A DNA stretch of 57,776 bases, filler included, from Sphacelaria rigidula (lineage: Eukaryota), in assembly GCA_964200075.2 (NCBI GenBank). It is 5 parts of 5 records of this genome, joined end to end, with 100 filler letters (N's around TTAATTAATTAA, not from the genome) between each part and the next. Parts side by side here need not be neighbours in the genome. Positions count along the whole stretch, not along the records: positions 46,304 to 57,776 come from CAXNAA020004884.1; 4 more parts are not named here. One strand, 5' to 3'. This document shows positions 49,236 through 57,776 of the stretch, piece after piece. The first letter of the stretch is position 1; every line of letters begins with the position of its first letter. The notes below the pieces were generated by a model, which was given only the letters and a program-made list of their open reading frames with translations, made no database searches and was not told the DNA's origin. The position numbers and the translations under genes were made by a program.

Positions 49236-50332
49236 TCTTTTATTTTATAATAACAAGAAAAAAATAGTGATTCTTCAAATTAAAAATCGATTATTTATAA
49301 ATAACTAAAGAATATATAGGAATTACAAGAATAAATAGTAATATTATTACATTTTTCAATATTTTAATTAGAAAGGGATTTTGTATTTCTCATTAAAATA
49401 TTAACGGTAAAGAACCTTTAAAAAAAAAAATGATTAACTAATGTAATACATATTATTTTCAAATATTATTTTTTGTATTTTATAGATTATCTCTATAAAA
49501 TTAATAACGAACGACTTAGTCGAATACAAATACAGCGAAACATGCCCCCCTCCTCCCCGCATCTACCCTTCGCCCCAATGCGGACGACGGTAGTATAAGC
49601 CGAGCATATTCACCTAGCTTCCGTTCGTTCGCCATGCGACCACCACAAAAGGTACAACAGATCCAAAACCGAAGGAAATAGATACATATATACAACGCAC
49701 GAGAACTCACCCTCTTATACTGGAAATCCCCCCGTCGAATATGGAACGTACTGAACCCCGCTTTCTGCACCAAATTGCCCGACACAGCGATCATTTCGGG
49801 CGTCCAACCCCCGCCACCCCGGAGGTCGCCACCCTCACCGTGATAGCCCGACCATCGCCCGGGGTCCCCGTGTCCGACGGTGCGGAGGCGGTGCACGATG
49901 CGTGAGGATATGCAGAACAGACTCTACCAGTGTGCGTATGGCGACATGACGCAGAAGGGAGAAAAAAAGGGGGAGAAGCGGAAAAACAAAAGGTAAAAAA
50001 AGCGGATAGAGGGAGAATGTAAGGGCAGTGATGGTTGCACACATCAGACAGATCATAATCTGTCTGAAATAAGCGGAGGTGAATGTTCCTATATCAAGAT
50101 ACAGTACCAATGAAGATACAAGTTTTTTTTTTTTAATCGTCCATAGCTTCGCGAAATATTGCTCGTTTTCCGTCCTGTTTTTTGCTGCGTGTGCACAAGA
50201 GCACGATGCTCCGTTTGAGCTACTTCACGTACCTATAGCAGCACAAAACACCATCCCACAGCACTGTGCACAAGCGCGCGCGTGTGTGTTTCTTTCTCCA
50301 ATATCAGCTTTTTGATCGATCGACTGCTAAGC

Positions 50333-50833
50333 ATGCAGAGAGCAAGGGTGAACCAAGAACGTGCAGCAGAAGCCGTAGAATTGGTACGCAGCGGTCACAT
50401 GTCCTTCCGTGCTGCTGCAAACACCTTTGACATCTCCGTTGGTTCGCTGCAGAAGCGTTACAGTGGTGGCGTAGGCATAGCTGGCAGAGTCGGCCCGGGC
50501 ACCGTAATGTCGACGGCGGAAGAAAATTCCATCGAAGATTCTGAAATTCGCTGCAGCTCGTCAACTGGGCCTGAATAGACAGGCGGTTATGGCACTCTGC
50601 AGCGACAACCGACCGGTGCCATGGGACCCTGCATTAGGCCAAAGCCGAAAACGGCTCGACTTGTTCCTTCAGAGGCGCCCGCGGCTAGCGGAGGGGAGCA
50701 GCCGCATCTACGAGGCCGACAGGGTGGTGCGGCCGACGAAGATAATTGCATGCGGGAGTTGTACGCGGCCTGGCAGGACTACTGGACAAGGATAAGCCAG
50801 GAACCGATCACATTTCGGACACTGACGAGACAG
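50333..50833 (+). pseudogene. pogo/Fot1-type (Tc1/mariner superfamily) transposase remnant
   Basis: psq-type HTH (AAEAVELVRSGHMSFRAAANTFDISVGSLQKRY...GPGTVMSTAEE), a CENP-B-like segment (LDLFLQRRPRL) and the first catalytic motif (HISDTDETG), spread over shifted frames. Possible TA-CAGT terminus at ~50100. Confidence 0.8.
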
Positions 50834-51375
50834 GTGTCATACATTTACAGTCTGTCAAGAGACGTTCCGTTTATGTGATACAACGCATGTGTCTAGAGCT
50901 AAAGACAGAGGCTGTTGGTGTGGAGTGATATTTGCCTGCTCTGAAATATGCTGCGTTTGAAACGGTATTATTCTCGCCGCATTTTTAGCCTACGCAACAC
51001 TTGGCGCTTGTCTGCTCAAAGCTGTCTCGGTGTGTTCTGTTGATTGCACTTACTTTGTTAGGGGTACTCGTACTGCCTATACCGTCTGTAGAGGTGTTGC
51101 AAGTACCGTCAATGGAGGTGGTGCCACTACTATGCGTACTACCCGATCACGTAATACCCCCCCCCCCCCTGCCCCCCCTGCCCCCCCCTACACACGCCAC
51201 TCGTGGATATCTTCAACGTAGGTGATACTCCGCAAGGGACCAAGGCGCAGAAAGTCATCGCCGAGAAAGATTTGGCGAAGTTTTCGCTGCTTGGTTCGCT
51301 CTGTTTCGTGATCACTGCTGTCTGCGAGCTGCGTCTACCGTTCTCGTCGTGATTATCGATTTTGGTGAAAAGTTT

Positions 51376-52506
51376 CAAGGGTAGGTCGAGTAGAGTATAC
51401 TCAATACTCCGTATTTTTGAAGAGTCATACTTTTAGTACTCAAGGTTTGAGTAGAGTAATTGAGGTCGTACTCGACCTACTCAATTATTCGAGTAAAGTA
51501 TTGAGGTCATACTCAAGTGATGCTCCATACTCAAGTATTGCTGAGAGTGCTTACTCAATATTTGAGTAGAGTATTGGAGGTCGTACTCGATCTACTCAAT
51601 AATTCGAGTAGAGTATTGAGGTCATACTCAAGTGATGCTCTATACTCAAGTAGTACTGAGAGTGCTTACTCAATATTTGAGTAGAGTATTTAGGGTCGTA
51701 CTCGATCTACTCAAAATTTGAGTAGAGTATTGGAGGCCGTACTTACCCTGACTCGAAATTGGAATAGAGTATCTGAGGCCGTGCTCGACCTACTCGAAAT
51801 TTGAGTAGAGTATCTGAGGTCATCCTCAAGTGATACTCTATACTGAAGTATTACTGAGAGTGCTTACTCAATATTTGAGTAGAGTATTGGAGGTCGTGCT
51901 CGACCTACTCAAATATTCGAGTAGAGTATTTAGGGTCGTACTCGATCTACTCAAAATTTGAGTAGAGTATTGAAGGCCGTACTTACCCTGACTCGAAATT
52001 GGAATAAAGTATCTGAGGCCGTGCTCGACCTACTCGAAATTTGAGTAGAGTATCTGAGGTCATCCTCAAGTGATACTCTATACTCACGTATTACTGAGAG
52101 TGCTTACTCAATATTTGAGTAGAGTTTTGGAGGTCGAACTCAACCTACTCAATTATTCGAGTAGAGTATTTAAGGTCGTACACGATCTACTCAAAATTTG
52201 AGTAGAGTATTGGAGGCCGTACTTAATCTGACTCGAAATTGGAATAGAGTATCTGAGGCCGTGCTCGACCTACTCGAAATTTGAGTAGAGTATCTGAGGT
52301 CATCCTCAAGTGATACTCTATACTCACGTATTACTGAGAGTGCTTACTCAATATTTGAGGAGAGTATTGGAGGTCGTACTCAACCTACTCAAATTTGAGT
52401 AGAGTATTTGAGGTCGTACTCGATCTACTCAAACGTCGAGTACAGTAAATACTCAAGTATTTTACTCGAGTACTCAAAAGTACATACTCTACTCGACCTA
52501 CCCTTG
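51376..52506 (+). mobile_element. hAT-like non-autonomous element with ~41-bp repeats in a 240-bp higher-order unit
   Basis: TIR CAAGGGTAGGTCGAGTAGAGTA / TACTCTACTCGACCTACCCTTG; TSD AAAAGTTT / GAAAGTTT; c(t/a)cgatctactcaaaatttg at 51701, 51941 and 52181. Confidence 0.88.
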
Positions 52507-55409
52507 GAAAGTTTGTGTGGGGGTGGGGGTGGGGGTGGGCAGCAAACGTGTCTCGTTGTAGCTCAGTCATTTCCGTCGGACACCAAATTTCGCGAGAATT
52601 ATATCGAAACTAATTTCAATTGGCTAGGTAGCTCTAAACAAATGGAAAGCATAGAGCTCTACGAACGTGTTCATTTCGTAGAGTTTGGCGTTGCCAAACA
52701 CTGGCAAGAATGCGCAAAGTTGTTCCGAAAATACGGGGATAAGTCATTTTTTTCGCGGAGTTTACTCTCTTCCCTCTTTGGTGACGGAAAGTGATGCATT
52801 GTCATGCGTAAAGGTTCGTGCCAAAGCAAAATATCTGGAACATCCTAGGTATTCCAATTTCGTAATCACTGTCGATTTTTGGTGAAAAATGAGCGAATAG
52901 GGGGCACCACTCAACGTGCGCCGTAGTAACTTAATCGTAACCCATGAACACCAAATTTTGGGCAGTTACTGTCAAAACGTGTTCCAATAGGTGACATAAG
53001 AAAGAAAAAAAAAAACGTCCAGTGCGGCGTTGCTAAACATAGACTTGACGGCCAGGTTTGTTCCGAACGAGAGGCCACTTTCATCCCCGCATTAATTTTA
53101 TTCTACAAAACGGACCACACTAATCTCGAAGACATTTGTACCGAAAGAAAAAAGATCTGAAACGTCACAGACCGCGAGAAATCAACCATTGCGTAAAGTG
53201 TATCTTCATTGGAACAGAGGGTACTTTGGCTGCATTTTTCAAGTCAAAAGAGCCATACTCTACTGTTACTCCTACAACTTGGTGTAAATGTTTGTAATTT
53301 TGAAATGCTTGGGTGATGGGGGATTGAATTGTCTCTCTCCGGATACCCTGGGCATTGTTCCACGAGCCATGGTTCCCGCGAAACAGAGCTTTTCCCATCA
53401 GGTGCCTTGACCGCATCTTAATTGGGATATTTACCTCTCATAAAAGAAGACTCCCGGATCCGTTAGTCCAAAAATCACAAAATATGTGACCGCGGAGTAG
53501 GGAAAGCCAGAGCGCACTCTTTGCGCTACTCGGCGTGCTCGACATCCGGCGCTGTAAGAAGCAATCATAGAAAAGTGGGGCCACATGATCCGGATCATGA
53601 TCCGGATCAGTATGCAGGGAATAAGTAATTTTCCAGACAGATCATGATCTGCCCGATGTGTAGATGGCTGCCAAGCATGGATGCGCACGATGATACGCTG
53701 AACACATTGTTTGTGTGTGTACGTGAGTGTGTTCGGTTCGCGACAACGAGCGGGGGGGGGGATGGGAGGGTGTACTCATGATCTTGCATGCCGCAGTCAT
53801 ATGAACATTGACCTCGTATCCCCTACAAAGCCGGGACGGGGCACGCCGGGTGTTCACGGGACCAGACTCGCAAATCAATCACCAAGCGCGAAGCGCCGTC
53901 ATGTACTCGGTGAGTCGCATGAAGGGTAAGCTGTATCTTTGCGAAGATTGTTCGCCCGGAAGCGTACGGATTATCTTGCGACGGGGGGGGGGAGTCGGCC
54001 TGTGACGCTACATGGTTCTGCCCGTTATGCATGCGCACCGTAAAACAACCGTGGTCTACTCCGAGGCAGTACACGCGAGTACGACACACAGCGTCATCAA
54101 TTCCCTTCAGATCCTGGACAACGACAATATATTACACTATCAAAAAATGTATTGCGTACAGTACGGAATCCATTGTCCATTGCAATAGACGCAGTAGTCG
54201 GTACTGTGCGTGGTACGCTTCTTGGTAGTGTAAGCCACTGTCCGGGGTGTGATTTTCTTTCACCGAGTAACACCAACGGACGAGAACAAGTCGGGGAGTT
54301 GTGTGTCCAGGCCATTGGGGCGAGGTTCATCCGGGATCAGTGTGGTCCAGGTCGTTGATGCGGGTGCGGAAAAATCGGGAACATTTCTCGAGAAAAGAAG
54401 ACGGTGTAGGTTCAGTCCTTTGGTTTGTGAAGGGCAAAGAAGCAAGAGAAACTTCCGGTTCTGCGGGTACACCTAGTTTGTAACGGGCGAATAGGCGGGG
54501 AAAATTGGAATTCTGCCGGTGTGCATGGTTGTGGTTTGGTGCTGGTAGGTAAGTAACCGCCTGCTCGGACAGGGGAAAGTACAGGGCTGGTTCGGAATGT
54601 TCTCGCTGTGCGAGACAAGTCCAGGAACCGCAAAACGTAAAAACGACGGCCTCCCTTGTACCGTGGGTTTTCGTATCTAATGACGTTAAGGCGAGGGATG
54701 ACGCGAAAGCCCCTTTTTTGGACGGCCGGACTAGGTTACAAAATTGGTTTCTCTTCCTTTTTTTTTCGTGAGGGCACGAGTGCCACAAGCATTTCCAATT
54801 TCATTTGTGCGCGGACAAGTGCAAGAAAAATATAGTATTCATGGTGCGGGTTGTCAATTCTGCGTGATTGCACACATCTGTACCAGCTTTGGCAAGAAAA
54901 GAAAAAGGCACGAAGGTGTATCTTCAATGGACGGAATCCCTCTTCATAAATGCGACAACCATCGCTGTACTCCCGTACCTCGCTACTTCGTACATATTTT
55001 TGCTCCACTCATGACACCCGTCTCTGCGGTTCAACAGCTTAGCAAACTCGATCAGACAGAATAATCCGCCAGCTGGATGAACGCACGCCAAACATGACTG
55101 TCATGAGTATCATTGCCCCACGCCGCACAACACACACCAACACACACCTCCCCTTCTCCGGTAGATGTTTATTGTTTCAAGTGAAAAAAATTCATCGCAG
55201 AGTGCTTCATATCGTATTTCGTGGGTAAAAAAAGAGGGATTGGCTGATCAACTGATCGTAGGGTGACGTCAAGTCATCTGCTGTGGCACAAATCTAGCCA
55301 TGGTCACGACATGAACGATTTAATTTCACGTTCGGGCCATTACACCTCCCCTCCCACCGCCCGCCGAAAAACCGGCGTGCTCCGTCCCGGCTGTGTAGGG
55401 GCGGACCTC

Positions 55410-55927
55410 ATACGGGGTTGGCGTCGGTTGGCAATGACGCTGTAAAACACGCCACTCACTGCGTAAACTAGGCAACCATGTTGCCGGTGTTTTTGGCGCG
55501 CTTGCGTTTTCTTTTGCGGTAACCATGATGGTGGTCGAGCTAGATCATACTGGGAAGGGTAGGAGAACCTCGACTTCGCGCAAAGGGGATGATCGTACTA
55601 CGTAGTGTTTAGATGGTGAGACACCCACGAGGTAGTGTATAAGCCGTGGCTGTCTCCGGAAGTGGCGATACCAGAAAAGGAAGCAACCCATTAGAGGCCG
55701 TCATCCATACGCAAGATAATCAGTACGCTTCGGGCCGAGCAATTTTCGCAGAATGCAGCTTACCCTTCATGCGACTCGCCGAACACATCACGGCGCTTCG
55801 CGCTTGGTGATTGAGTGCGGGCCTGACCCGGCGAAAACTCGGCGTGCTCCGCCCCGGCTTCGTAGGGATGCGAGGTGAACGGTCATAGAACTATGGCTTG
55901 CAAGATCATGAGTACCCTCCCCCCCCT
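55410..55927 (-). mobile_element. GTACTCAT-family ~520-bp element, copy B
   Basis: Colinear with 40060-40575; ends gatcatgagtaccctcccccc. Confidence 0.75.
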
Positions 55928-56063
55928 GCGCCCCGTTTCCCTCGAAAAAACGGGGTCATCCCGAGGAGGAGGTAAGAAGAGGTGCGGGTTTCGGACGTGG
56001 GAGGAAAAAAAAAAACACATAGCCGCTGTCGCCCCGTTCTCCTCGATTGCTACCCTCTCTCAC

Positions 56064-56180
56064 CTCGCGGAAGTGAATGGCGTCTCTGACAAGGCGTCGA
56101 TAGTGTCGGGCCGCGATGGGATCGGTGTATCCGATGAACGTGTAGAAGTGTGTGAACAGCCGGTACTCCTTGCTTGCGTC
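56064..56180 (-). CDS. Internal exon resembling a GDP-fucose protein O-fucosyltransferase-family protein
   Basis: aaacag|GAC...GAG|gtgaga, 117 nt, phase 0/0, GC3-rich, reading DASKEYRLFTHFYTFIGYTDPIAARHYRRLVRDAIHFRE. The RLxTHFY...RxVRDxxxY/F pattern recalls stramenopile O-FucT proteins (from memory, unverified). Confidence 0.6.
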
Positions 56181-57204
56181 CTGTTTTTTTCGCGAAACCA
56201 CCCAAAAAAAAAAAAAACGACTCAAAAAGTAAAGAACGCGGTAGTGGTGATGACCGTGGTGATCGTGTTTTTACTGTCATTTTTATCTTGACTTGATTGC
56301 AGTTTGAAATCAGTGAAGACATCACGCGAGGGAGGGGGGTTCAACAAAGGAGCGGGCAGGGGATGGACGACGACGCACGCGCGTTGTCGCAGACCCGGTG
56401 GATAATGACGATGCAAGCAACAAAATAAAACGAAGACAGAAATATCGAGATCACAGCTACTTGTTTCGTTCCCTCAGGGATACTGCTATTCTCTACACAC
56501 ACCCTACAATCGGGGTCAATGTGGTCCTACGGACTTGCCCATCGCGTCTGTTGTAATCGTCTACGGGTACAGGCACGACAACTTTAGTCCAGGTTGCCCG
56601 TCTGCACTGACCGTACCTCTGGTGGGAAAAAATTATGACACCGCATTGCTGCCTGCAACATTGGTGTGGCCGTCTAGTGTTACGGTCGTTTACAAGATGC
56701 AGGACAGTGGGTGAAACACAACCTCCACAACGAACATCGTCGTCGATGAGGGCTACAAACACAAGGACTTGGCTCATTGATCGCTGGTGCACGCGTGTAC
56801 AACACCATAGTTTACGGGGGAGCATTCAAGACAAGTTTGGTTCACCTTTGGTCACAACGCACCTGCCAAGAAAAAAAAAATCCGTCAAGCTTTCTAGAAG
56901 CAACTTGTAATATATAAGTTCCCTTCGTGTTTTGTCGTGTTTTATTGCACGGCGCTTTCCATCTTACCCTGACGGAAATTCCACAGGTGCTGCACTACTT
57001 GTACTGTTATTATGGGAGTGGGGGCCATTTTTGGGCACTATATTTCGAGAGAGTGTGAATCGACACCTGTCTACAGAAAAGATGGAGTGGAATCGAACCA
57101 ATCATAACAATCACAAGTACACACGTAACCTCAAAACAGCGACCTGGCTCATTTCTATAACAAGCCTATGATTGATGCTGTACACAGGGGCGCAGTGACA
57201 GGAG

Positions 57205-57546
57205 GGAGGCGACCTGAGGAAATGTAAGTGAATAATGGTTGATACTATGGAGATGCCGCCAACCCTAACCCTAACCCTAACCCCAACCCCGACCAAGGCA
57301 TACCGAGAACCCTCGGGCAAGGGGGGGGCAAAGTGTTCCCCAGGCAAAGGGTGTGTTGCCAGAGCTCAAATCGACGCCTTTGAGCCGATTTCGGACCAAA
57401 ACACGTTCTTGACGAGCTGGGTTTACTGCTCACCACCGCTCATCTGCCCCAGACCATGAATTTTCTCAGAACTTTCTCGAGTCTGAAGTCAAGTAAAATC
57501 GAGTACCAAACATTGTTTACGTACTTTTCCTCAGGTCTACTGACAG
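57205..57546 (+). mobile_element. TIR element carrying an internal (CCCTAA)n tract (copy 2)
   Basis: Colinear with 13523-13853; tract at ~57261-57290. Confidence 0.8.
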
Positions 57547-57709
57547 GAGGATAGAAGCTGCTGCTCCTGTTGTTGTGCCCCTGTTGTTGCACAGTTGTAC
57601 TGCTGCTTTTTGTTGCTGTAGTACTCGGGAAGCGCACACCCGCGAGCTACCACATCGCCTTCATCGCCTTTGTAAATATATCAAGAGCCAATAATACGAG
57701 CAGCAGCTT

Positions 57710-57776
57710 GCCCCGGTGGCTCAGTTGGTAACCTCGACACCTTCTGACGGTTGGGTCGTGGGTTCAATTCTCGGAG
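57710..57776 (+). mobile_element. tRNA-derived SINE head, truncated by the contig end
   Basis: gccccggtggctcagttggtaacctcgacaccttctgacggttgggtcgtgggttcaattc (A and B boxes). Confidence 0.75.

Larger units (their letters stand above)
47740..49515. other. Nuclear plastid DNA insertion (NUPT), mosaic and degenerate
   Basis: Abrupt, extremely AT-rich block between GC-balanced flanks, containing four recognisable plastid gene fragments. Confidence 0.85.

Noticed and set aside
57710-57776. Functional tRNA genes (also 34448 and 4199)
   Set aside because: Non-canonical anticodon arm, divergent copies, and a shared downstream body in the two longer copies indicate SINE heads.

Overview
Repeat-rich eukaryotic nuclear DNA, most consistent with a brown alga or related photosynthetic stramenopile (short GT-AG exons in kb-long TE-filled introns, CCCTAA telomere-type repeats, red-lineage plastid gene fragments). 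The window is not one locus. It is five contigs of near-identical, non-increasing length (1-11477, 11578-23054, 23155-34629, 34730-46203, 46304-57776) joined by artificial N44-TTAATTAATTAA-N44 linkers. Supported coding pieces: a terminal exon with a SPIRAL1-like C-terminal motif, the first exon of an SDR (HSD17B10-like), the first exon of a type II membrane protein, three in-frame exons of a hypothetical protein, an exon resembling GDP-fucose O-fucosyltransferases, a pogo/Fot1-type transposase pseudogene, and a ~1.8 kb mosaic plastid insertion (sufC, ycf33, rps20, atpG fragments). Most of the rest is non-autonomous DNA elements (hAT-like, piggyBac-like, foldback) and tRNA-derived SINE or retroposon tails. 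The most unusual structures are a 7-unit, 43-bp palindrome-plus-variable-spacer array at 13245-13522, several TIR elements that carry internal telomeric tracts, and a shared ~41-43 bp periodicity across unrelated repeat families. No cas or other prokaryotic system was seen. All identifications come from reading motifs by eye; no database searches were run.
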